A stretch of 64,000 nucleotides of DNA, from contig JAWQFM010000011.1 of assembly GCA_033442325.1 (NCBI GenBank), forward strand, positions 115,906 to 179,905. The letters run 5' to 3'. The notes below the pieces were generated by a model. The model had not been told where the DNA came from and made no database searches. It saw only the letters and a program-made list of their open reading frames with translations. Both the position numbers and the translations under genes were made by a program. Positions 18,674 to 37,124 of the stretch are shown here, piece after piece. The stretch is from Salpingoeca rosetta (Eukaryota > Protista > Choanoflagellata). The number at the start of each line of letters is the position of its first letter. Position 1 is the first letter of the stretch.

Positions 18674-19936
18674 ATGGACTACCAGTTGCTGTCAGACCAC
18701 GATCCCGTCGTGGATGAGGCATCGCTCAATGGGGGCGGGAGCCAGGGCGCGCAGGAACATCCCGTGCGCGGGGGCGGCCACGCCTCCAAGAGCAACAGCT
18801 TCAGTGGCACCGCCATGCACGACCCCTCTGCGTTTCGCAGTCGCCAGGGGTCCATGCCGCCGGCTGTGGGGGCCATGGGCAACGACTTTGAGGAGGTCAC
18901 CCATTTTGACATCTCCTCGTCCGACTTTGGCACCTCGGGCCCAAAGGCCAGCGAAAACGACCAGCTGCAGAAGCAGAACAAGCGCTTCCGCGTGCGCATG
19001 CTCCTCATCGTCGCCGCCATCCTCACCCTGGGCATCATCATCGTCATCGTCGTGCCAAAGAAGGCGCGCAACCAGGAACCGGAGGACCCGCTCGAATCGT
19101 GCATCATCCCTTACGAGTACTTTGACACGCAGCTGTTTGCCGTCGACTTCTCAAACGTCACCAGCAGCGAGTGTCGTGACGACCGCACCATCGACACCCT
19201 GTGGAACCACAACATGTACGGCGGCGTGCTTGTGCAGCCCTCCACCGCCGCCAACTTCGACAACTCCCACATGCTGCAACAGCTAGAACTCTACAACAAG
19301 CGGCTGCGCGGCGTCATCTCCTTCAACCCGCTCACCACCACCCCGCTCGACGTCGGCCTCACCGTGGACGAGCTCGAGCGGCTCGAGCAGATTGGCGTGC
19401 GCGGCATCCGCTGGAACCTGCGCGGGTACTCCCAGGCGCAGCGCGGGGCGTTCTACGCTGCACTCAAGACGCCCGAGTTCAAGGACCTCTTCAAGTTCAT
19501 GCAGGCGCGGCGGTGGCACATTGACGTGGCGCAGTCGAGCCTCCACTGGCGACAGCTCCTGCCGCACCTCGAGGACACGGGCGTGCGCATCGTCGTCGAC
19601 AACTTTGGCGGCCCTGCGTCGCTCAACGACGCCGGCCTCGCCGCTGTCCTTGACGCCGCCAACAGCAACTCGCGCATGTGGATCCGCCTCTCGGGCGCAC
19701 GCAATCTCCCGCTGTCCGAGGGCGAGAAGCGGGAGCTTGTCGACCGCATCATCGACACTGTGCCGCTCACGTCGCTGCTGTGGGGCAGCGCATACAGCGA
19801 CCCCGACAACACGGGGTTCCAGTTTGACTACGCAGATCGCCAGCGCGAGTTTCGGTCGTGGTTCCCGCGCTTTTCGCACCAGCTCATGGTGCTCAAGCAC
19901 AACGCGAACGACGTCTACGGCTTTATGAGCAACTGA
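18674..19936 (+). CDS. Type II membrane protein with amidohydrolase_2 (LigI-like) TIM-barrel domain; catalytic residues substituted; CDS has no introns
   Basis: ATG at 18674 follows a probable 5'UTR intron (donor GTGAGT at ~18228). TM segment MLLIVAAILTLGIIIVIVV. Family motifs GGVLVQPS, RLRGV, GVRGIRWN, WHID, IVVDNFGGP, WIRLSG, LLWGSAY. Confidence 0.8.
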   Translation: MDYQLLSDHDPVVDEASLNGGGSQGAQEHPVRGGGHASKSNSFSGTAMHDPSAFRSRQGSMPPAVGAMGNDFEEVTHFDISSSDFGTSGPKASENDQLQKQNKRFRVRMLLIVAAILTLGIIIVIVVPKKARNQEPEDPLESCIIPYEYFDTQLFAVDFSNVTSSECRDDRTIDTLWNHNMYGGVLVQPSTAANFDNSHMLQQLELYNKRLRGVISFNPLTTTPLDVGLTVDELERLEQIGVRGIRWNLRGYSQAQRGAFYAALKTPEFKDLFKFMQARRWHIDVAQSSLHWRQLLPHLEDTGVRIVVDNFGGPASLNDAGLAAVLDAANSNSRMWIRLSGARNLPLSEGEKRELVDRIIDTVPLTSLLWGSAYSDPDNTGFQFDYADRQREFRSWFPRFSHQLMVLKHNANDVYGFMSN

Positions 19937-20772
19937 TGCCACCCCTCTGATTTCGAATGCTGACCCGTGCTTCTTTGGGTGTGTTGTGTCTTGGTCATGT
20001 TGGTTTCATGTGTGTATGTGTATGTGTGTGTGTGTGTGTGGTTGTGCTGTTGACCATCCTGCGTATCCCTCGTGTTGCTGCTCTAGATACCCCCTGATGT
20101 GTGTGTGCGTTTTGTGGTGAAGTTTGCTTGTCGTGGCCTCTCCTGCCATACAACTTGCTGATGCTGACAACCTTGTTTCGTCGTGTGCGTGTGCATGTCT
20201 GTGTTCGGTACTCGGATGCTGACCACTGCTGACTCGAATACATGCATGCTTGCGTCTGTTTGTCTGTTGTTCACGTTTCATCCAATGTCCCTTTCGTGCT
20301 GTTGACTGTCCTCTTTCGTTGCTGAAGCGCTTTTTGGTTACATGGGTCTCCTTTTCCCTTCCGCTCATTCGCCTGTACGTGTGTGTGTGTGTGTGTGTGG
20401 TGCATGTGTGTTGACAATAAACGCCCCCTTTCTCGTGACGGCCAGCGACAAGACACAGCACAAGCGCTTTCTGTTTGCGTGTTCATTGAGGCGAACAAGC
20501 AGGGTGTAGGGACAAGATTGCAACGCCTAGCCTGATCCTATTGTACATCGTATGCACACACGGGTAGTTGAAAAGCAACATGACATCGCGAAATGCGGGC
20601 GAACAAGTGCATGGTCACGTATATCTAACCAAAGAGCGAGAGAAGACAACCGGTGCATACATGCGTGAGCTTGCAATCAGCATGGAAGCAACATATGCGC
20701 GGATGTGTTTTGTACAATCAACATATGGAAACGGAGAGCATCTGTTCGTTCAAGTCGTCACAGTTGTTGTCG

Positions 20773-26060
<5,288 letters not shown>

Positions 26061-26260
26061 GGCGTGTGCCGTGTGTGTGCTGTGTTGTGCTGTGCTGTGT
26101 TGTCGTGGGTACGTGAAGGCGGCCAACAGTTCCGTTGTGTTGTTGTGTTGGTTCAAATCGATGGCGCGCAGCAGCAGGCGCAAAGAATAGTGCTACTGTT
26201 TATCGTGTCGAATAAGACGACATACGACACGCAAAAAGATGCAAACGAAGGTCGTTCCAC

Positions 26261-26302
<42 letters not shown>

Positions 26303-26372
26303 CACACACACACACAACACACATAACACACACAAACACACATAACACACACACACACACAGAGCGTGTATG

Positions 26373-27435
26373 TTATGCAAGGTACTCGTATTCTGTGCGG
26401 ACTTGACCTCGGCGAAGGTACTCCTTGTCAATCAGCGACTCAATCGATTTCTGCATGGTCAGATGTGACACGTTTGGTCGCGTGTGGTGGGTGAGGCATC
26501 ACAAAAACGAGAGCGCGTGGGTTGGAGGAGAGATTGATGGAAGGGGGAGCTTGCTTACTTACACAACCTCGCACGCACACACAAACATACACAACATACC
26601 AACACACACAACATACACACGCACACACAACATATACAACCTCGCACACACATAGACACACACGCACACACAACATCACAAACACACAACCTCACACACG
26701 CGCGCGCGTCCTGACCTTGATCATGCCGACGTCTGGCTTGAATCTCGACTGGAGCTGCTCAATGACCTCTTGCACGAGGGACGTGTGGCTGAGGCGCTTG
26801 CGCATCTTCATGATGCGAACAATGCACGCCTCCATCACAAGCTTGCGGTCCTCCATCGCCATCTTGTGTGTCGTCTCAGACTCCTCCTTCTGCTCGCTCT
26901 TCACGGGCTGGTCAATCTTGATCTTCAGCTTCTTGTAGCTGTACTTCTCGTTCAGCGTCATCACCTCGTTCTGCACAAACAAGGGATGAAGAAGAAAACA
27001 GAAGAATGAATGACAAGGAACGGAGAATGAACGGAGAACGGGCACATGGTCCACACCACCATGAGCGGCTTGAAGCACGCCCGGGTCTCGCGACAGGCAC
27101 AGCAAACGAGGAGGCTCAAACCGATATTGCACGTCCAACGCAGACAGACACAGACACAGACACACAGACACACACACACACCTCTTCCTTGAAGATCTTC
27201 ATCTTGCGGAGGTTGTCAAGCTGTGGCTTGAGGGATTTCTGGCACACGAGGGAGCAGGTGGCAACACGGACACATCGCACAGCGACACAATCAATCGCGC
27301 GAAACACGTCGTGGCGTGAGCGAGGCGCACACAGATGTTGCTTCAAGTGCTCCTGATGCGCGTACACTGGCAACACGCTCAACAAACAAACAAACAAACA
27401 AACAAACATACACACACACACACCACACACACGAG

Positions 27436-27512
<77 letters not shown>

Positions 27513-29162
27513 CGCGCAAGACAAAGCGTATGACATCGTGCGCGGCTGCACCTCGTCAACGCCCGTTGCTTCGAGGATTTGGGAGCGGCTCATGCTCAGC
27601 TGCTGGTTAAACAGCAGCAGCACAGCCATCTGGATCAGATTTGCCTGCGAGCACCAACGACACATGAGGCGGTTAATCACAGCTGTACAACCAACCATGG
27701 GGGCGCGAGGCCAACCAAGTCAAAGACCAACACCCACACCCACCCACACCCACACACACACTCACACACCCACACCCACACACACAGCGTAGCGCACCTG
27801 GAAGACGAAAGGCTTCTTGAGGTAGTGTGTGAGGAGCTCGCCTTTGCACAGCTGGTACGCCCACATGAGCTTGCGGCCCTGGTGCTCATTCTGCCGGCAG
27901 GATAGTGAAGCAAGGCAACGGGGGGGGGAGCAAGGAAAGGCAAGAGACATGAGCGAGTCGCCAGTTGGCGTCATCACCACCATCAGCAATATCACGACCC
28001 CCAGCAACATGATCATCACCACCAGCATCGTGGCGCACCACGGGCGGCAATCAGACCTGGTAGAACATGGAGAAGCGCTCGAGGCAGCGGCCGAGGACCG
28101 GCGGGAGCGTGACGTTGAGCTGCGCCGTAAACGGCCACGAGTGGCTCGTCAGCACTTGCACGTAGAAGTCAACCTTCAGCGACGTGCCGGAGACGCGCAG
28201 GTGGTTCTTGAACTTGGTGTTGAGCTCGCGGCTGGTGCCAATGTCGTTGAACATGCGCTGCAGCTTGTGTGTGTACTCGTGCCCGCTGGCGGCCTTGAGC
28301 TTGGACAGGAACATGGCCTCCGCATCGTCAGAGGCAGAGCCGCCCGTCACAAGCCGCTTCGCAAGGAACTTCTTGTAAAACTTCTCAAACACGTCCCGAT
28401 CCTCAAGGTACTGCACGGACAGAGTATGCCGGTGAACAGAAACGAAAAGAGGGAAACACGACACACATACGACACGACACACACACGACACGACACACAC
28501 ACACGACACGACACACACACACACACACACACATACACACACACACACGACACGACACAACACGACACGGACACACACACACAGAGGCTCAAGGTATGGG
28601 GGTTAGAGCGCCTCTTGCCAGCACCAGCACCAGCACCATGGGGGAAACTCACGTTGAAGATGGTCATGACCTGGGCGAGACGGCGCTCCAGCTGCTCGCC
28701 CTCCACCTTTGAGCCGCGCTTCAGCAGCGAGTCGCAGTACTTGGCCAGCAGCTCGGGGCTGCGTGTCGAGTTGCGCCCGTTGGCCGTCACGGCGTTGCGG
28801 TTCACCACGTCCTTGAGCGCCTTGTCCATCGCCTCCACAAACAGCGTGTCGTTCTCAAAGGCAAGGTTGATCTGCTTCAGGTACTTCTCGTGCACCTGCA
28901 GCAGCGTCTCAACAAACTTGCGCGCATCCTCGCTCGACTGCACATGACATCGAAGCATTTTCATTGCATAGAAGCGGCAAGGGGCGATATGAGGCCGTGG
29001 TGGTGGCCGTGGCGGTGAGTGAGTGAGACGGTGAAAGAGTTGTCACGACAAAGACGACATTCAAGCCCCGGGAACAAGCACACAAGTCACGGGCCATCAA
29101 ACGTCAATTATCAGTCATCGTGACGACTGCGACAACGAACAGCATCAAAAGGAACACCGAAG

Positions 29163-29225
<63 letters not shown>

Positions 29226-30881
29226 ACGCACCGCGCCGAGTTTGCCGCAGGCGTCGATGGCGCTGCGCGCGTGCTGTGCAATGTGCTTCTCCACCTGGTC
29301 CCGCAGTGGCTTCAGCGTCTCCGGCACACGTCGCAGCAGCGTGTACAGCCGCTTCAGGTCTGCTCAAGGGCAAGCATGCATGCATGCACGCATGCACAGG
29401 GGGTGAGCCGAGTCAAAATAGTGCAAGTGGAAGAGGCCAGGCACAAGAGATGCACCAATGGAGGGAACAAGCACAAGGCAAGTCAAGTCAAGTCAAGAAG
29501 TTGCAGGTTGCCCTGCTTGTGCGCTCACACACAGACACACAGACATACACAGACATACACACAGACAAACACACCTTCGTCCTTTTCTGTTTCCAGGAGG
29601 ACGGACGCTTCGTTGTTAAGGGCGTCCTGGTGCATCACAACAAGCACTTTGTTGCACTGCACACACGCAAGTTTGAGCCGCAGCACAAGGCGCAGGTGTT
29701 AGTGGACACGGATCAACTTCTCCCCACACACGCACACGCACACGTACACACTTGTGCACAAACGCCACATGCATGCCTCAGCGTCACCTGTAACCTGAAC
29801 ATGTTCATGGACATTAGCGGTGGCAACACACCTCCTCTGCGACTTTGATGCCCGTGGACTCGTGCATAAACTGATGCACGCGGTCCTCTTCCTCTTCAAC
29901 GCGCACCAGCGCCTGTACACAGAGGAATAAGCGAAAGGCCGAGGGGGAGGGGGATCAGGAAATCGTGCAGATAGCAGAACCAAAAGTGAAATGGCTTTAC
30001 CAACGCGCACACACACACACCCTCACACACACACACACGACACCTGACCTTTTTGACAAAGTCTGCGAGGGAGCCCGCGTCTGCAAAGGAGATGCTCTCC
30101 TTCTGGTAAAAGGCGCGCGTCTCGGCGAGGTACGGCCTCTCAAAGTACTGCTCGTACACGTCCAGGTTCACTTTTGGCTTGAACTCAACGCGCCCAACAA
30201 GCCCTTGCACATTCTCCTTGTCATCCAAACCCATCGCCACTGGTGTGTGTGTGTGTGTGTGTTTGTGTGTGCATGCATGCATGCATGTGTGTTCATGTCG
30301 CGAGGGTAAGAAGGAGCATCAGCGAAAGTCAACCACACCCACTCACCCACCCCTACACCCACACAGAGCACGTGTAACCCCCCCCCCCAAAAAAAATCAT
30401 CCGCCCTCTACCGACCGAGGCTTGCTGTAAACGCCTTGAGGGCGCTGGTGCGGATCTGAACGCCGTTGCGGTCCTGGCGAACCATCTCAAGCGCGCTCTC
30501 GACAAGCTACACACACACACACACACGCACACATACAGGTGTGTGTGGGTGTGTTGTTCATGTGAGGAATGCACAGCAACACCAATGCGTGCAAACCAGA
30601 GAGACAGGTGCAAGAGGTGCTGTAAATGTTGCGCACCTTCTCGTGCAGGGGTTTGAAGAGGTATTCTCTCCAAACAAAGACGGTCAGCTGTAGGCGTGAC
30701 AATTGGGAAGTCGCAAGAACGCAGAGGCAAGTGGAACCAGCGCATGGGTGAGGTCAGGGCAGGCACACTGAAATGTGCTTCATGTACAGCAGTTGCAAAG
30801 ATGACACCCAAGGGCCTGATCCCGAAACCTCACGCACGGGTGTTCACACACACACACAAAGTGTACACACACACATAAGGT

Positions 30882-30930
<49 letters not shown>

Positions 30931-31930
30931 CACACACAGACTCAAGTGCGTACTTACACACACAACAAAACAAACAAACAAACAAACAAACAGGCACACA
31001 GCGCGTGCGCACCGTGTAGATGTCAAAGTATCCGGGCATGTCTGCTTCGATGGCGCGGGGCACGCAGTGCTTGTTGAGGTAGCTGAAGATGTTGTCGATG
31101 ATGGTGCGCGTAAAGTCGTACAGCCCCCACTCGTGGCGGTATGTGTTGAGCAGCTCCTCCCCGCGAAGCTGCGACAGCGCCTGTCCCACAAAGCCCACAG
31201 CAGGCAGCGCGAGGTAATGTGGTGGTGGTAGTGGTGGTGGCGACGGCGACCCACAGTGTGAGCGGAAGGGGACGTTGGGGGTGGACGGCGTGTGAGTGGA
31301 CAGATGCGCGTTTTGACGAGGAGGAGGAGGAGGAGGAGCAAGCTTTCTCCCACATAGAGGAAGGCAAAACGCTTGGCATACGCGAACAAGGTGCGTGTGT
31401 GCGTGCGTGCGTGTGTGTGCTTGTGTGCTTCTCTGTTTGTTTGCGTGTGCTGTTGAAACATACGCTGAGCTTCTTCTTGTTGTGTTCAATGAGAAAGTCC
31501 TTGAGCTTGTCGTAAATGTCCTTTCCGTAAATCTTGTCGGCTGGTGTGGGTTGGGTGACATGAACGTGAGTGAAGCATGCATGCAAAAGCGTGCAGGCAG
31601 CCACGCACGCGCGCGCGCACATACACATAGAAACAGAAACACACACGCACACACAGACACAGACACACACACACACACACACACGCACACACACGCATGC
31701 ACACAGACACAGGGACGCGCATGGAGGGTCACCAACCGGACTGGGATCGTGCGCCAGCTTGCATGGCGCCCAGAGGCCTGGACCCCGAGGAGCTCTTTGT
31801 GCAGTACCCAAATACCTCACTGTACCACCACAGCACACAAATGATGAGCATGCGTGACGTCAATGTAGTGTCACCCGCACGCCAATTCGGCACACCCACA
31901 ACACGAGAGAGTGAGTGTGTGTGTGTGTGC

Positions 31931-31977
<47 letters not shown>

Positions 31978-32183
31978 AAGGGGCTGACTGCAGCGTGGAG
32001 ACGTGTGTGTTGGGGCATGTGGGTGTGGGAAGGCGCGTACTGGTAGAGTTCGATGTAGTCCGTCTTCTCGAGCGCCTTGATTGTGCCTGAGTTGCTGCTG
32101 GCACGAAGATCCGCGTTGAGGATCTTGTCCAGCCCAAGACTGAGTACGGCCCATGTTTGTCGAATGTCGATGGTGGCCGCCAT
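26373..32183 (-). CDS. CUL1: Cullin-1-like SCF scaffold
   Basis: [49 protein letters not shown], neddylation motif [18 protein letters not shown], and end [14 protein letters not shown]…YEYLA*. Probable non-coding 5' exons extend up to ~33110. Confidence 0.9.
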
Positions 32184-33406
32184 CCTGGTCGACACACAAC
32201 ACACACACACACACACGGGGAGCAAAGCAGCGCAGGTTGTGGATGGGGCAGTGCCATGTGATGAGCGCTATCAATACAGTGCGCGAGTGGATATGCATCA
32301 CTTGCGTTTGGTCAAGCGCAGTCTGCACTGGTGTGAACACTGAGTTGTGCCTCTAGCGTGGTGTGGTGATGTACATCATTTGCCGAGGGTGATGTGCATC
32401 ATTTGCCGAGCACACGCTCTCGAACACTGAGCAACAGTGCCTGTTGCCCAAAGATTGCCTGGTGACGATGGCGCCAACACACACACACACACACACACAC
32501 ACACCTGGCGCGCGTTGGTTGTTGTGGACAAGACGCGGGAAGCGCGGATTATTGGTGCAGCAGAAGTCGTTGATCAATCTCTGTCACGGACACAGCAAGT
32601 GGCGTGAGTCGAAAAGAATATTGAAGAGCAATGAAAACGAAACACCGATGGCCACGTGCACACACTCTCACACATGCACAAGAAGACCAAGACCAATACC
32701 GCCAACACCACCATCAACACCACCAGCATCGCCATGTGCCACAAGCGACAACGCGCGAGTGATCATCGTTGGACGGCCATGATCACAATGAGTAAGAAGG
32801 GTGCGCGCCAACACCACGAGCAGGGCCAAAAAACATCCAAACAAGAACGCCACGACAGAGAGGCACAAATACGCGCCCGCAGCACAGAGGGCGCCAACAT
32901 ACACGTCCACTAGTAGCATGGTGGTGCACGAGCAGCGAACGAACGGCGGTCACACAGTACCACGCACCTTTTCTTTTCGTTCTTTCCCTCCACAGACAAA
33001 GGCAGGGTGACAAATCAGGCTGCTGGGGTGCGCGCGGGAAGACACAAACAACAAAAGCGAAACTGCCACAGAGCAACCGTCCCTTCTTGCCTTACCTTGC
33101 TTGGATTAATTGCTGACAGCGACTTTTTTTTTCCGCCCTCTTGTTTGTTTGTGTTTGTGGAAACGGGTATTGGCGCGTGCATCGAACGGATGACTTCTGA
33201 TTTTCTGGCGATGCGTTGGGGAACGGTGTTCCTGCAGCAAGAATTGCTGTTGAGAATACTTAAAAAAATTCTTCACGGAGTACTCTGCAAAAACCGAATA
33301 CTACCGAATGTCTTGCTTGTATTTTCAGAACGTGGTACTTTGGGTGTGAGTACTGAGTACCTCCCGCAGCAATTGACAGCAGTGTGCGGCGCATGTGCTG
33401 GCTGTG

Positions 33407-33418
33407 CCTTTTTCCCTC
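33407..33418 (+). promoter_or_regulatory. Polypyrimidine (TOP/TCT-like) initiator candidate of RPL7
   Basis: CCTTTTTCCCTC lies ~50-60 nt upstream of the RPL7 ATG (GCCACCATG at 33461-33469). Confidence 0.4.
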
Positions 33419-33466
33419 ACCGCCCCAGCACCATCAACAACCTCCCTTCTTCACCCAGCAGCCACC

Positions 33467-35653
33467 ATGAGGTTGGTTTGGTGTGGTGTGGTGTGGTGGC
33501 GCGTGTGGTCAAAACCATATGAAGATGGGTGTGGAGCGATAGAGAGGGAGAGTAGGGGTGTGCGAGCAAGGGGTACGCCTGCGTGAAGTGAGGTGTAAGT
33601 GTGCACGAAGCGAGGTGTAAGTGTGCATGCGTGTGGCAGACGTGTGTGGCAGATCAACCACCACCAACAACAGCGCACACACTCGCACACACTCACACAC
33701 TTGCACACACTCACACACACTCGCGCGCGCACGCATCCACCACAGTGACAAGGCCCGCCCCACGGTGCCCGCCATGCACCTCAAGAAGAAGGCACGCAAC
33801 CAGAGGATTGCCAAGACTCTGCGCGCGAAGAAGGCTGCGGAGACAAAGGTACAACAGCATGCCCACGCTGTGTGCGCAATGCACACGACAGCATGTCAGA
33901 CAGAGGGCTGTGGTGGTTGGATTGGCCGGGCGGGCTGACGGGTGCTGCGTGACCTGATGGGGAGCGCTGATGCGCACGGTCGCGGTCAGTGCAAGCGGTG
34001 TGGCGGCGTGAACGGAGCAAAAGAACAGAGATGGAACAGAGATGGCGACACCAACCACAGCACCCGCAGCAACGCCGTCAACAGAGCCAGCAACCAACTA
34101 GCGACGGCGACGATGGCCCCGCCACAGCCGTGAAGAGACGTGGCGAGAGACGCATGAACAGCATGTGCTTGGTGAAAACAGTTGTTGCCGCGATTGGCTG
34201 ATTCGAGCGCTCGCAGTTCGAAGACCGCATCAGACGCACCGCGCCTTCTCGTGTGGAGCCCAGTTGATCTTACCCAAACGACATCAGCAGCAGTGGCGAG
34301 AGGGAACACAGCTTGAGACGCGGTTCCCGCGCTTTCATGAACGAGCAACTCCAGCGAGTCAGCCAACCAGCCAGCCAACTTTCTTCCACTGTTCCCCTTC
34401 TCGACACACCCACAACATACACATTTGTGCTTTCATTTGTGGTGTGAGCTTGTGAGTGTCGTTTGCTCATTCATGACATGCGCGTCGTACGACCCTGCGC
34501 TTTTCCATACACACACAGAGGCGCCTGAAGAACCGCCGCGAGATCATCAAGCGTGCTGCCAAGTACGAGAAGGAGTACGAGCACAACGAGCGCACCGCCA
34601 TGCGTCTCAACCGCATCGCCAAGAAGACCGGTACCTTCTACATTCCTGAGGAGCCCAAGCTTCTCTTCGTCATCCGCATCCGCGGGTACGTCTTCACTGA
34701 GCCACATAGCCGCGTGCGTGTGTATGTGACAGAGAGCTCGCGCGCAGTTGCTCGCTTCCTGCACGCATGTGTGCGGGCCCCACTCGATCACACACACACA
34801 CACACACACACAATGTCATATTTTGAAGTGCACAAGTCTACACCCCCGCTGTACCAACAACAACAGCAGCTACCCATCGTTTCACGCTTGCTGACCGCTT
34901 TGATGTTGTTTCTTGTCGTTTCTTGTGCATGTTGATGATAGTATCAACGGCGTGTCCCCTAAGGTGCGCAAGATCCTCCAGCTCTTCCGCCTGCTGCAGA
35001 TCAACAACGGTGTCTTCCTCCGCGTGAACAAGCCCATCCTCAACATGCTTCAGAAGGTCCAGCACTACGTCGCATACGGGTACGTGGTCAAAACACTCCT
35101 TCGTTTGTGTGTGGTGTGTGTGTGTGTGCACTAAAAGGGCGTGTTGTTTCCAAGTTGGCCATAACAGCAGCAGCAGCAGCACCACCACCACCATTCCGCC
35201 GCTTTCTGCCAAAGCTCTCATCAACAACAACAACAACAACAACAACCAATATAATAACCTCAGTGCAACATTGCACATGCTTTGACGCGCTCAACTCACT
35301 GCTGTATCCATCCCTTTGTGTCTCGACATTGCAGTTACCCCAACCTCAAGACTGTGCGCGAGCTCATCCTGAAGCGCGGTTACGCCAAGATCAACGGCCA
35401 GCGCATCCCCATCTCCAGCAACGACGTGATTGAGCAGAAGCTGCGCAAGTGCGGCATCATGTGCGTCGAGGACCTCGTCCACGAGATCTTCACTGTGGGC
35501 CCCAACTTCAAGAAGGCCAACAACTTCCTCTGGCCATTCAAGCTCAACACCCCCAACGGTGGCTGGGTGAAGAAGGGCAACCACTACGTTGAGGGTGGCG
35601 ACTATGGTAACCGCGAGGACGCTATCAACAAGCTTGTGCGCCGCATGAACTGA
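33467..35653 (+). CDS. RPL7: 60S ribosomal protein L7 (uL30), 5 exons
   Basis: M-S|DKARPTVP…|…[17 protein letters not shown]|[25 protein letters not shown]…|[16 protein letters not shown]…NFLWPFKL…[15 protein letters not shown]. Confidence 0.97.
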
Positions 35654-36452
35654 GCTGTCTCAGGCCTGTCGGTGTCGGTGCTGTGTTGTCGTTGTGTCCT
35701 GGCTCGTTGGTTCATTCTCAGGTCCTTGGGTCTGTCATGCCTCTGAACGGTCATCAAAATCCAAGAAACTGTAAACGCAGACAACGGTTGAACCACTCCT
35801 GAAGTTGTTGTTTTGAAACAGGGGATGGGGGGGGGGCGGGAAGTGGGCTGGAGTAAGCCGGTACGCCACTCACTTTGTGACACACAGAAGGCAGCAACAA
35901 GCGCAAGCGGTTGTTGTTCGGGTGAACGTAAACGGATGATGAGACGCGCGACTCTGCACGCGTGCACAGGCTCAGGGTTGTTTGGAGGAAGCGTTTACAT
36001 TCGACCGGTCTGCTTATCATCCAACAACGCAACAAAACTTAACGAACAGGCACGGAAGCGAGCGAGCCAGAACACGATATCACACTGATCACAAAACCTA
36101 ACGCAACAAACCAGACGACAGCAAGCAGCAGCGGCGACATGACATGGCATGGTGACATGACATGCTATGACGCACCAACGCAACAACACGGCAAAGAGAG
36201 AAAAGCAAGCAAGTGAACAAAGTACACGCAACAGCAAGCAAGAGAACAAGGGGAGCAATCCAACAAGCAAACGATACAACGAATCTAGAAAAAGCGAGCC
36301 AAGAGCCATGAAGCAACCAAAGCAAAGCAAGAAAGCAAGCAATATGAGTGTCAGTATGGTGGTCGTTAAGTAGAGTCCAGTCCAGTCAGGGGTGAGCCGA
36401 GGGCACACGCGACGCAAACGAATGGGCGCTGCGGAGCATCCCTCCCCACCGG

Positions 36453-36598
36453 CTACGCGTGAGCGGGTGTGACAGCATCGTGCTGCTCACTTTCTGCACC
36501 ACCAGTTGTCGGCACGTCTTCCTCCTGAAGAACCAAACAAACCGGCGCAAACAGCGCGCAACGCAAGCGGAAACAAGATGTCAGCTGAGTCAACGAAG

Positions 36599-36670
<72 letters not shown>

Positions 36671-37058
36671 CGAACATCAACAGCAACAGCAACAGCAACG
36701 GGTCCGCTCAAAACCACACTTGCTCCCCCCCCCAACTGCCCATCAGTCCTCGAAGCAACTGACTGACCACTTCGTCCTCGACGCCAATCTCCATGTAGCC
36801 GTAGTCTTCGGAGCGCGTGTCATATCGACCATCCTCGTCATAGTCGCTGTCGTCGCCGCTGGCACCGCTGGCATCCACGCCGTCACGCTCCTCCTCCTCC
36901 TCCTCGTCTTCGCTCTCGCCCTCGTTCTCCGCCTCTGATATGACAGACAGGATTGCCATTGCATCGCGCGCATCGTCATTTGTGACGTGCACGGCGTGCT
37001 TCTCGCTGGCTAACGCCGCAGCACTGCCGTCCGCTTCCTCGCTGTTGTTCGCAGCAGA

Positions 37059-37124
<66 letters not shown>

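Noticed and set aside
32190-33110. Possible separate small gene upstream of CUL1
   Set aside because: The exon-like segments have splice sites but no convincing start or product, and are better explained as CUL1 5'UTR exons.
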